A stretch of DNA of 64,000 bases, from NCBI GenBank assembly GCA_035221665.1, contig CM069147.1:40114001-40178000 (forward strand). The letters run 5' to 3'. The stretch is from Okamejei kenojei. Lineage: Eukaryota. Made by a program: the position numbers and the translations under genes. Numbering within the stretch: the first letter of the stretch is position 1; each line of letters opens with the position of its first letter. Below the pieces are notes generated by a model that saw only the letters and a program-made list of their open reading frames with translations, was not told where the DNA came from and made no database searches. This document shows positions 37,811-49,620 of this stretch, piece after piece.

Positions 37811-38214
37811 GCATGACGTTGCCGGGGGGCGGGACTTGTCAGCGATTGGTCCAGACCCCCGCGTCCATCACATCACTGTAAAGGCATGAACATTGTCCCT
37901 AACCTCCGCTCCACCCGAATGTAAGAACGATTTATACATGTAATACATGATATACACCAGTTAATTAACCATGTATAAATGTATATCATGTATTACATGT
38001 ATAAATCGTTCTTGCATTCAGGAACATGGTTAATTAACTGGTGGCATTATTTCCCTGACCTAATGGCCTTTGTTTTAGCTGGTGATTACATCTATTCCAT
38101 CCCTCCCTCACAAAAATGTGGGATTTCAATTTGAGCTCACTTGTTTGAATAGATGCAAGCGGCTTCTCTCCTGGGCGCGCAATACACAAAGCGGATGAAA
38201 TGAGACAACTGTCA

Positions 38215-38378
38215 CACCAAAGATAGACACAAAATGCTGGAGTAACTCAGCTGAACAGGCAGCATCTCTGTAGAGAAGGAATGGGTGGCGTTTCGGGTCG
38301 AGACCCTTCAGACGCACTCTGAAGAATGGTCTCAGCACGAAACGTCACCCATTCCTTCTCTCCAGAGATGCTGCCTGT
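38215..38378. repeat. Fold-back Penelope pLTR palindrome
   Basis: ...caggcagcatctctgtagagaaggaatgggtggcgtttcggg... and ...cgaaacgtcacccattccttctctccagagatgctgcctg. Confidence 0.8.
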
Positions 38379-38590
38379 TTCGTGCGTGGGAGTTTATTAT
38401 CGCAAACACCAAGAAGGTAATAAATAAACCGTCTGTTCCCGCGGCCGGGGTGAATCACCCTGGTGTGGGTGTCAAATACAGGGGGTCGGAGGGGGGATCA
38501 TCCTGGTGTGAAGGTTGGGGTCTGATGGCGGTGCATCGCGGTCAGTGACTGTGGGACGCTCCCGCGGGTGAGACGGAGGAGAGAGAGAAG

Positions 38591-38787
38591 NNNNNNNNNN
38601 NNNNNNNNNNNNNNNNNNNNNNNNNNNNNNNNNNNNNNNNNNNNNNNNNNNNNNNNNNNNNNNNNNNNNNNNNNNNNNNNNNNNNNNNNNNNNNNNNNNN
38701 NNNNNNNNNNNNNNNNNNNNNNNNNNNNNNNNNNNNNNNNNNNNNNNNNNNNNNNNNNNNNNNNNNNNNNNNNNNNNNNNNNNNNNN
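38591..38787. other. Assembly gap (N run) within a GA-rich tract
   Basis: Run of n characters. Confidence 0.99.
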
Positions 38788-39214
38788 GAGAGGGAAGGGA
38801 GAGAAGGGGTGAGAGAAGGGGGAGACGGGAGCATGGGGTTCATTTTCCCACACAAGCCATATGTGACTTGGCAGTCTGAACCCAAGCACCAAGTTGAAAG
38901 CGGCCGAAGGTGTGCATTCCTCGGGACAGCCCGCACTCTTCCACGGCCACCCTACTCTAAATGCGGCCTCGGCAACATCTTATACAACTGCAACATGATC
39001 TCCCAGCATCTATACTCAATACTCTGACCGATGGCCAAAGTGCCAAAAGCCTTTTTGACCACCCTACCTACTTGCGACACCACCTTCAAGGAACCATTCA
39101 CATGCACTCCTAGATTCCTCCGGTGTCCAACACTCCCCAGAGCCCTATCATTAACTGTGTAGATCCTGCCAGGGTTACCAAAATGCAAGCGGCATTTTAC
39201 TTACCAAGGGAAGT

Positions 39215-39507
39215 AAAGGTGTGAAAATGCACAGCTCCAGATTCAGGGACAGTTTCTTCCCAGTTGTTATCATGCAACTGAACCATTCTACCACAACTAG
39301 AGACAGTCCAGAACTACTATCTACCTCATCGGGCTATCTTGGATCGGAATTTACTGGCTTTACCATGCAATAAACTTTATTCCCTTATCATGTATATGTA
39401 CGCTGTGAATGGCTCCATTGTAATCATGTATTGTCTTTTCGCTGTCCGGTTAGCACGCAACAAAAGCTTTTCACGGTACCTTGGTACACGTGACGAAAAA
39501 ACTAAAT
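39215..39507 (+). mobile_element. Rex1/Babar-like LINE 3' fragment
   Basis: Encodes SRFRDSFFPVVIMQLN, then a 3' tail ...gcaacaaaagcttttcacggtaccttggtacacgtgac. The same tail is at 6912-7050 (minus) and 24410-24500. Confidence 0.6.
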
Positions 39508-40507
39508 CTTAAAGGAGTCAGTCGAGGGTGCCAGCCAACTGCCCCAGGCGAAAGGTTCTCTGTAAGGACATGAATATATTCTTTGGATAATCCCCACAAA
39601 GCTTGTCTGCTCGGCCTGCTGCAATGAAATGAAGGAAAAGTAGATGAAGTCCGAGTAAGGAGTTTAGATGACTTCCTTAATGCAGCAAAGAGTTAACCGT
39701 GAGATCTGGCAGAGATCAGTGTCGACCACCTGAAGTGACGTTGAGAAGAAGCTGTGACTGACTATGATCCCGACCTCCCTCTTCAGGAGTTGAAGAAGCC
39801 ACCTCACCACCACCCTCTCAATGTCAATTGGGAATGAGCAACAGATGCTGGTTTTGCCAGATACATGCACATCCTGAAAAATACAGGCAGCCGTGTGTGA
39901 GATAGTATTTCAGTTTGCAGGATGTCATGGATTTCTTAGATGAAAAGTTCAGACTGAATATAAATAGCATGGTTTGGGGGAATTTTTTTAGTAAAAGTCA
40001 ACTACTCTGTGAGTAATTAAGAACGAGTAATGTGAGTAATGGATAAATTCTGCATGTCACACGACTACTGACTTCCACTGGGGAAATCTCAAGTTGAGGA
40101 AACTTAAATCGCACCAACATTGAGGAAGTGGATTTACTGATAGTCTACAAGGCTTCTAGAAATGTGCACAAAGTTGCCCAAATCTAGGTTCATTCAATCT
40201 TCAAATACATCACACAGTTTCTCCAAACTTAATTTCTAGCCCCAAGAAATGTTTTAATATACATTTCAATTTCACTAGTTTTTTTTCCAACCAGTATTGA
40301 TTATTGAATGTGAGGGTAAATTTGGAATATATTCCTGACACCAACACAGTTTGTTTTAACTGCTAGTAACTTTGGCAATTTTAGACTGTGATTATTTAAT
40401 TATAAACCTACAGTATTAGAGGGTAAACTTAAGTATAGAATAACTAGATCCCATCAAATCTAATGATCTTAAACATCCAGGCAATTCAGAGTCCAGATTT
40501 GAACTAT

Positions 40508-40830
40508 TTGGTTTGGTTTGGCTTGGTTTGGTTCAGTTAAGTTTAGAGATATAACGTGGAAACAGGCCCTACAGCCCATCAAGTCCGCGCCGACCAGTAA
40601 TCACTCCCTCACTAGTTTAGATCCTACACGCTGGGGACAATGCACAGAAGCCAATTAACCTACAAACCTGTGCGTCTTTGGAATGTGGGAGGAAACCGGA
40701 GCACCAAGAGAAAACCCATATGGTCAAAGGGAGAACGTGCAGACTCTCTGCAGTCAGCACCCATCGTCAGGATCATACCCAGGTCTCTGGTCTATAGGGC
40801 AGCAACTCTACCGCCGTGCCACTGTGCCAC
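40508..40830 (-). mobile_element. V-SINE (HE1-like)
   Basis: Reverse copy with a (tttgg)n-expanded tail. Confidence 0.83.
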
Positions 40831-40995
40831 TCCTTACTGTGCTACCCCTTACCATAACTAGCCCTTACCATAAAAGGCAATGTATCACTGCTTTTATATT
40901 GCTACTTCTGTGTTACGTTACAAGATAAGGTACACCTCTTACTCATATCAATGCTCTAAATGTTGAAACATTCACGAGTGAAACCATTTTTCTCA

Positions 40996-41265
<270 letters not shown>

Positions 41266-42244
41266 TTACACTTTATCACTATTGTCACTAAACAGGCACA
41301 AGGTAGTATTTGGCATTTGAAAGAAAAGTAATAGTTCATTTCAGTTACATTAAAAATATCAGGAGAGGAAATAAAAAACAAAGTTCAAACTTCCTTCGAC
41401 TTCAGCTTTTGGGCCCTGACCTATTAGCTCCAAACATTTATACATATCTGTGTATTAAAACCATGGAAAGAGGCCACTTGTTCCAACCAGTCCCTCCACA
41501 TTGAACAAATCCTCCGCATCACATTCACCTCCCACTTCCAATCCCCTCTGCTGCCTGTGCAATTTAATTGTGAATTTGACACCATTCCTGCTCAATCACT
41601 AGCTCTGAATGTGAATTGGACTATGAACTTTGAAATTGTTTCTCAAAAGCTCTCAGACATTTTTCAAAAATGTGATTTTGTATTTGTATTATTTTATTTA
41701 TAAATATTTATTGAAGTGTATTTAAATAGCCAAATTGGCCCCTGAGCAACCAGTGATCTGGAGCATAGAACATAGCACAGCACAAGATCGGGTCCTTCAG
41801 CCCACAATGTCTAAGATCATAGAAACATAGAAACATAGAAATTAGGTGCAGGAGTAGGCCATTCGGCCCTTCGAGCCTGCACCGCCATTCAATATGATCA
41901 TGGCTGATCATCCAACTCAGTATCCCGTACCTGCCTTCTCTCCATACCCCCTGATCCCTTCAGCCACAAGGGCCACATCCAACTCCCTCTTAAATATGGC
42001 CAACGAACTGGCCTCAACTACCTTCCGTGGCAGAGAATTCCACAGATTCACCACTCTCTGTGTGAAAAACGATTTTCTCATTTCGGTCCTAAAAGACTTC
42101 CCCCTTATCCTTAAACTGTGACCCCTTGTCCTGGATTTCATCAACATCGGGAACAATCTTCCTGCATCTAGCCTGTCCAACCCTTTAAGAATTTTGTAAG
42201 TCTCTATGAGATCACCCCTCAATCTTCTAAATTCCAGCGAGTAC

Positions 42245-42764
42245 TAACCAACCCGACCTCCCGGTCGCTCAGCACTTCAACTCCCCCTCCCATTCCGTAT
42301 CCGACCTCTCGGTCCTGGGCCTCCTCCATGGCCAGAGTGAGCAACACCGCAAGTTGGAGGAACAGCACCTCATATTCCGCTTGGGGAGTCTGCATCCTTT
42401 GGGCTTGAACATTGAATTTTCTCAATTCTGTTAACCCCTGCTGTCTCCTCCCCCTCCCACCTCTCCCTCAGCCCTCGGGCCCTGGCATTCCCTCTATCTC
42501 TATCTCCCTCCCCCACCCTAGTCGCACTAGCTTCTCATTTTCACACCACAAACAGCTTACAATGGCTTGTTCCCTTTATCATCGATACTTTTTTGCATAT
42601 CTTTCACTCATTGTTCTTTATCTCTCCACATCACCGTCTATATCTCTCGTTTCCCTGATCCCTGACCAGTCTGAAGAAGGGTCTCGACCCGAAACGTCGC
42701 CTATCTCCTTCGCTCCTTAGATGCTGCTGCACCCGCTGAGTTTCTCCAGCTTTTTGTGTAACCC
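42245..42764 (+). mobile_element. Penelope-like element 3' end (GIY-YIG C-terminus, 3' UTR, pLTR with hammerhead-like core) inserted in the CR1
   Basis: Translates NQPDLPVAQHFNSPSHSVSDLSVLGLLHGQSEQHRKLEEQHLIFRLGSLHPLGLNIEF, followed by CTGAAGA...GAAACGTC at 42671-42698. Confidence 0.9.
42665..42705 (+). ncRNA. Minimal type I hammerhead-ribozyme-like motif
   Basis: CUGAAGA + extra A + stem II GGGU(CUCG)ACCC + GAAAC + GUC. Stem III is reduced to palindromic ACGU and stem I is weak. Confidence 0.6.
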
Positions 42765-45713
42765 AAGTCTATCCAGTGTTTCTTCATATGGAAGTCGTGC
42801 CATCCCAGGAATCAGTCTGGTGAACCTTCTCTGTACTCCCTCTATGGCAAGAATGTCTTTCCTCAGATTAGGAGACCAAAACAGTACGCAATACTCCAGG
42901 TGTGGCCTCACCAAGGCCCTGTACAACTGCAGTAGAACCTCCCTGCTCTTGTACTCAAATCCTTTTGCTATGAATGCCAACATACCATTCGCTTTCTTCA
43001 CAGCCTGCTGCACCTGCATGCCTACTTTCAATGACTGGTGCACCATGACACCCAGGCCTCGCTGCATCTCCCCTTTTTCTAATCGGTCACCATTCAAATA
43101 ATAGTCTACCTTCCTGTTTTTGCCACCAAAGTGGATAACCTCACATTTATTCACATTATACTGCATCTGCCATGCATTTGCCCACTTACCCAGTCTATCC
43201 AAGTCATCCTGCAGTCTCCTAGCATCCTCCTCACAGCTAACACTGCCTCCCAGCTTCGTGTCATCCGCAAACTTCGAGATGTTGCATTTAATTCCCTCGT
43301 CCAAATCATTAATGTAAATTGTAAATAGCTGGGGTCCCAACGCTGAGCCTTGCGGCACCCCACTAGTCACTGTCTGCCATCCTGAAAAGGACCCGTTCAC
43401 TCCTACTCTTTGCTTCCTGTCTGCCAGCCAGTTCTCTATCCACATCAATACTGAACCACCAATACCATGTGCTTTAAGTTTGTATACCAATCTCTTGTGT
43501 GGGACCTTGTCGAAAGCCTTCTGAAAGTCCAGATACAACACATCCACTGCTTCTCCCTTATCCACTCTACTAGTTACATCCTCAAAAAATTCAATAAGAT
43601 TCGTCAGACATGATTTACCCTTCGCTATCCCATCTTTAATAATTGACTCTAGCAGTTTCCCCAATACCGATGTTAGACTAACTGGTCTGTAATTCCCCGT
43701 TTTATCTCTCCCTCCCTTTTTAAAAAATGGGGTTACATTAGCTACCCTCCAATCCTCAGGAACTACTCCAGAATCTAAAGAGTTTTGAAAAATTATCACT
43801 AAGGCATCTGCTATTTCTGGGGCTACTTCTTTAAGTACCCTGGGATGCAGCCTATCTGGGCCTGGGGATTTATCGGCCTTTAATCCATTCAATTTACCCA
43901 ACACCACTTTCCGGCTAACCTGGATTTCACTCATCATCACTTACCTTCCTGTGGATAACCCATATCCCTCCATTCCCTGCATATCCACACGCCTAACTGA
44001 AATGCCAATAACATATCTGCTTCAATCATCACCTCCGGCAGCATGTTTCCGGCACTCTCCACCCTCAGCCCCGCACTGCTCCTTTAAACCTTGCCCCTCA
44101 CCTTAACGCTGTGCTCTCTAGTATTTGATTTTTCCAACCTGGGAAAAGGATTCTGACAGTCTGGCCTATCTGGTAAAAAAGGTTTCCAGTTACTTGGATA
44201 ACATTTACGGGGAACTTCTGCACTGGAAGTGACTGCTCAACTGAGGAGCCAATCGTTCAATGTTGTAAAGCATTTCCTGCAACAGAGCAGAGAAGGGATA
44301 CATGACATGAAAGATTAAGGTATGGAAAATTACATCAGGGAGTTAGATTCAAGCTAAATTAGCTCCAATATATCGAGGACAATAACTGAAACTTTAAAGA
44401 ACTAGCCAAGGGCAGAAACCAATCTTATACTGTTTTGTTATGGGTCGCATTAGCCTGCATAAGATTAGAAAACAGAGTCTTGTTTGAAAATTCAATACCA
44501 GCCACAATGACTTTGAGCACAAAAGATGTGATTCAACTCTGTATACCACACATAAATCACCCTTGCCTTATTAAGGAAACAAGCGGTACACATAATCACA
44601 TCCCTACGGGTTCTTTAAATAAAAGAAGCAAAACAAGACCGGCAAACGATGCAAACACAGCATTTATTAGTGCAACCGAGCTGCCAAATTATACAAGGCA
44701 AATTTTCTTGGCTTTGCACCGTAGGTTCATAAAAGGAGCTCACTTAATGAAGCTACAGTACATAACTAAGCCTGTTACTTTTTAGCCATTAAAATGAATG
44801 AGTGGAATTTTCCATTTGCCCTGTTGCGAAATTGGAAAACTAGCTTATCGTTCCTTTGATATTAGAGGTATTGCCTTTGATCTGCTGCAGGTAGACAGTC
44901 AAGTATGACATCCTCACAGCCAATTCAGTGGGAAGTTACTTTAATCTAGTCATTCATGTTGTATCCTGTGAAGTTCAAAAGATAGACTCAAAATGTTCCT
45001 TTTCTGCCTTGCTATGTCAAACTGAGGGCTAGGAAATATTGAAAAATTAGCTATTGAAGATTATGTTCTAAAATGTAAAGAGTAAGCAGACAGAGGAATG
45101 TTGTTGCGTAACTATCCCACGAGTGTAGTTACGAGTGAGTGTAAGTAAATGGCAAATGCTCCTTGCTTGTGGGTTACCACGAAACCTTCATGCAGATTGT
45201 ACACTGGCTAAAAGAGTCTTCGAGGATAGGGTGTGGTGGAGATGCCCCTCAAACGAGAGAAGGGATATCACCCCCAGGGGACCACATGAGTGGCAAGGGT
45301 ACTGAGTATCAGGATATTTCTGTGCACTAACAAATACGACGCTAATTAATATAGCCTCTGTTTACCTTCCCATAGATGCAGACTATTTCTATAATTTTCT
45401 GTTTTGATTTTCATTTCCTTTTGAAGCCCATCCCTAATTATCAACTGAGTCCTTTGCAGAAAAGAAAGGGTGCAACCTAGTCCTCTGGCAAGCCAGCAGT
45501 TTTCTTAGGATTTTATTGCCCAGTTTGTCTTATTTCGCCCTAAACTGATCTTCCCACCACAACCAAACCATCTCACACCTGCTGCCTGGCTGAAAAACAT
45601 TGCCCATTCCCATTCCATTACGACCTGCTGCTAAAATCTTTAGTCATTCTTTGTTACCTTTCTTTCAATGCATTCAGTGAGAAACGTCCCATCGCTAAAC
45701 TACTATAGACTTA

Positions 45714-46018
45714 AAGCCCTGTCCCACGGTACGGGTTCATTCCAGAGCTCTCCCGAGTTTTACGGTAATGGCCACTCGTCGGTACTCGGGGATCTCGTGG
45801 ACATTTTACAACATGTTGAAAAATCTTCACGAGTCTTCCCCTGCTTACCTGCCGTTAGCGAGTCTTCCCGAGTACCTGGCGTTAGTGTTATGAGCCGTTA
45901 AGAGACGTCCCTGAGCTCCGACGTACTCGCTACATTCATTCTCCGTGCTTACCACAATTTTGATTTTTTTAAACTTGGGAGAGCTCTTTGAATGAACTTG
46001 TACCGTGGGACAGGGCTA
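45714..46018. mobile_element. Harbinger-type MITE with TTA TSD
   Basis: TTA|aagccctgtcccacggtacgggttcattcc... and ...gaatgaacttgtaccgtgggacagggcta|TTA. Confidence 0.85.
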
Positions 46019-46413
46019 TTATGCTCTCACAAGACTTTGCCACTTGTATCTTAATTTCTATCCGTGCCGATTCAGAAATCATCCCAGTTCCCACCAACCT
46101 ACCATGACCGCTAGCCAAAGCAGTGCTTTTGTTTTAAAATGCATTTCCTTGTTTTCAAAACTGCCCATGATTTGAGCCAGCCCAACTCGCTCCAGCCACA
46201 CAAACTTTATGGTTCCTTACACTCCTTCAATTCTTACACCTTACACATTCCTGATTTTAATTGTCTTACCATATGAAGCTGCCAAGGCTTTAAGATCTGG
46301 AATTCACTCCTGTAATTTTTTTTAAACTCTTTTCCTCATTTATCATCTTTAAGAAAATCTGCTTTTCCGTCTTATTAAAATCTCACCTTTTTAACTGAGC
46401 TAATTTTTAGTTT

Positions 46414-46510
46414 AAGGTAGATACAAATGCTGGAGAAACTTAGCGGGTGAGGCAGCATCTATGGAGCGAAGGAATAGGTGACGTTTCGGGTCGAGACCCT
46501 TCTTCAGACC
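46414..46510 (-). mobile_element. Penelope pLTR with an intact hammerhead-like core
   Basis: The minus strand reads aggtCTGAAGAagggtctcgacccGAAACGTCacct, so a 4-bp stem I (aggt/acct) is possible. Confidence 0.8.
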
Positions 46511-46540
46511 TTTAATTTTTTTAAATTTATTTAATTTTTG

Positions 46541-46835
46541 GTTTAGTTTAGTTTAGAGATACAGCATGGAAACAGGCCCTTCGGCCCACCGGGTCCGCGC
46601 CGTCCAGACCCCGCACATTAACACTATCCTGCACCCACTGGGGACAATTTTTACGTTTACCAGGTCAATTAACCTACAAACCTGTACGTCTTTGGAGTGT
46701 GGGAGGAAACTGAAGATCCCACGCAGGTCACAGGGAGAATGTACAAACTCCGTGCAGACAGCACCCATAGTCAGGATCGAACCCGGGTCTCCACTGTAAG
46801 GCAGCAACACTAACGCTGCGCCACCATGCTGCCCA
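46541..46835 (-). mobile_element. V-SINE (HE1-like)
   Basis: Reverse copy with B box and (tttag)n tail. Confidence 0.85.
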
Positions 46836-47569
46836 TTTGACCTAATAATCTCATTATGAACCCTGGTGCCAAATGTTGACTGAAGATGCTTTTTCTGACG
46901 CATTTTGGGACCTTTACCTGTACTAATGGCACACTGCAACTTGTCAAGAGTATTGACTTCCCTATCAAGAATATTATCAAAAATCTTATTAAAGGTCCAC
47001 ACCATCCTGACCACATCCTCATCTCGCTGCTAAAATCAGGAAGAAGGTACAGGACCCTGAGAACTATTATCTCCAGACACAAGAACAGTTTCTTCGCAAC
47101 CATCATTTGAATCACCCCACACCCTACCTTGGCTCTGAACTGCTATGGAGTGTACACGACCAAAGTTACACCTCTTTCTTTGGCTTGCGTTATCGTGCGC
47201 TGGTTTACTAGAATAATTGGTTAAGTTTATTATATATTAATTGTGCTGTATTGTACTAATAAAGCTGCAGCATGTACTGTAAGAATTTCATTGCCGTACC
47301 GTTGCATATGACCATCAAACACTATTGATGTTTGTTGGAATCATTGCCATCAACTGAGAACACTGTGAACACAAGGTTCATTCCAGGATGAGTAGAGACA
47401 TGAGTGTCTGATGCGTTACTGAATGTACTGTCCTTCAGATGAATTGCAAATCAAATGATGAATTTGTCTGTTTTAATGATTTAATTATTGATTCAACTAT
47501 TGCAAAAGGAACAGTGTTTTTTTCTGTAGAAACAAAGAACTGCAGATGCTGGTTTTTACAAAGACACAA

Positions 47570-47823
47570 AGATAGGAACACCACACTAAAAGAACCCTGT
47601 ATAGATGGTCACAAAGTGCTGGAGTAACTCATAGGGTCAGGAGGCATCTCTGGAGAAAAAGGATAGGTAGCGTTTAAGTTCGGGACCCTTCCGAAGAAAG
47701 GTCCCGACCCAAAACGCCACCAATCCTTTTTTGCCAGAGATGCTTCCTGACCCAAGAGATGGTTCCTGACCCAGCACTTTGTGACCATCTATACAGGGTT
47801 CTTTTGGTCTGGTGTTCCTATCT
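47570..47823. repeat. 254-bp fold-back palindrome containing pLTR-derived arms
   Basis: The outer 53 bp match their reverse complement with 2 mismatches. Confidence 0.85.
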
Positions 47824-48029
47824 CCAACAATACCACCAGAAATAAATTATATGTTCTCACTACTTTTGTGAAATCTAATTTGCAAATCAACAGAGTCAAA
47901 ATGCAGGTTAAAGTGCCGGAAACACAACTCAGGCATTTTTTTAGAGTATTTTTATTTATTCAAATTGCAAGTCTCACTTCTTAAACTCCAAGATTCTGCC
48001 CTTGCCACCTAAACTGATTTGTTTAATAA

Positions 48030-48700
48030 ATATTTTTTATTAGTTGTAAATACATATTAATAGAAAATACTTCTTACATACATTCATAATATTATTAATA
48101 TTAACATTTAAGACTTTATATTTCTATACTTTTTTTTTTAAATAAGTAAGAAAGGATAGAGAAAAATAATATAAAGGTAAAAAATTGAAAATAAGGAAGT
48201 GAATGAGTGTTAAAAAGTTATCCATCGATGGAGATATATCCATGATTTATTATACGTAATTCTTCATCTATTCTATTATTCAGGCCTCAGTCAGGCTCTC
48301 GCACCTAGCCACTTTGACCCTGTAGATATTCAATATATGGAGACCATATCCCTCTGAAAAGATCCAACATGTCCATTAGGACGAGCCTCAATCTTTCCAG
48401 ATGGAGTGTCTCCAACATTTCTGTATTCCACATTTTGATTGTGGGGGATGTAGGACCTTTCCAGAATTTTAATATTAATTTTTTCCCAATTATTAAACTA
48501 TAATCAATAAAAATTATTTGATTCGTTGTTATTAATTGATCTGTTTCCAGTATTCCCAGTATTATTAACTTTGAGTCAAGAGTCAGGTTCATATTAACAA
48601 CATTCGAAATTATCCTAAATATTTCTATCCAAAATTTTGTAATTTTTACACAATTTGTAAATGAGTGTGTCAAATTAGCTTCTAAGTGCTGACATTTATT
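48030..48700 (-). mobile_element. L1 3' fragment
   Basis: KCQHLEANLTHSFTNCVKITKFW...GKKLILKFWK...FRGIWSPYI, followed by an AT-rich 3' UTR. Confidence 0.85.
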
Positions 48701-48809
48701 TGACATTTATTTGAACTGAGCTTTTAACTCAGGCGTGAATTTGTGGCCCATGTGGCCAAAAATGTTCTAGTTGGTTATTCTGATGATATTCTGGCTGGGT
48801 GGTGCCGTT

Positions 48810-49620
48810 GAGTATGGCTGCCCCACCTGCAGCTGTTCGCCCTTTCATCCTTTTTTTTATTTTTAGTCCGTCAAATTTTTTTGTTTTGGAGGTCTTTTAG
48901 TCTTTTTGTGTGGGGGGTGGAGGAGGGAAGGGGGAAACTGTTTTCTTAGTCACTACCTGGTCAAGGAATGCGTCTTTCCTCCGAGCCGCATCTTCGCCCC
49001 CTCCTCGCGGCCTACCATCTGGATTGGCGCGGCCTTTCCTGCCGGAGACCGGCCAGAGCTTCAACTTTAGCAGTGGCGCAGCATTGAAGCACCATCGCGG
49101 AGCGGGACGATGCCACACCGGGGTCACTGAGTTGGAGCTCTGGACTGCCGACTTCAACACCGTGGAGCTGTGGTCTGCGGAGTTTCCAGCCGCGGGCTGC
49201 GCTGACTTTAACAACGCGGGGCCCTGGGATCCTACGCCGAGGAGTGCCATGTGGAGCTCCGCCCAGCACGGCCTGTGGACTTCAGAAGCCGCCGTCTCCG
49301 GTAGGAAGCAGCCGATTCGGAACTCCAAGCCACTGAGAGTGTTCTTCCGATGCCGGAGTTCCATCATCCCGCGAGAGGGCTTGAAACATTGGGCCGCCGT
49401 TGGGCTCAATAGGCCCCGACCACGGGTGAACATAGAGGAAGATGACTGAACTCTTATTGCCCTCCCCCATAATGGGAAACATTGATTCTGCTGTGTGGGG
49501 ATGTTCAGGTTAAATTCTATCATGTGTTGTGTTCTTTTTATTTGTATGACTGTATGGCAACCCAAATCTCGCTGTCCCAATTGCTGCATGTGACAATAAA
49601 TGTAAACTTGAAACTTGAAC
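48810..49620 (+). mobile_element. GC-rich non-coding retroposon with a LINE-type 3' tail (family not identified)
   Basis: CpG-rich body with short internal repeats (gccgacttcaacaccgtggagc / gctgactttaacaacgcgggg). Ends gtgacaataaatgt(aaacttg)n. Confidence 0.5.

Larger units (their letters stand above)
41818..43932 (-). mobile_element. 5'-truncated CR1 LINE (RT), relatively young, split by a Penelope insertion
   Basis: 407-aa ORF with KSPGPD, NYRPVSLTS, LDFQKAFDKVPH, GVPQGSALGP and KFADDTKL. The C-terminus at 41917-42222 is followed by a (catagaaa)n tail. Confidence 0.94.

Noticed and set aside
38472-38936. ORFs spanning X residues
   Set aside because: They run through the N gap.
42717-43940. 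407-aa RT ORF as an active retroelement or host gene
   Set aside because: It is 5'-truncated with no endonuclease, has an internal in-frame deletion (the QHGF motif region is missing), and is cut by the Penelope insertion.
48897-49589. 230-aa and 179-aa overlapping ORFs
   Set aside because: They lie within a GC-rich non-coding repeat where stops are rare, and show no protein motifs.
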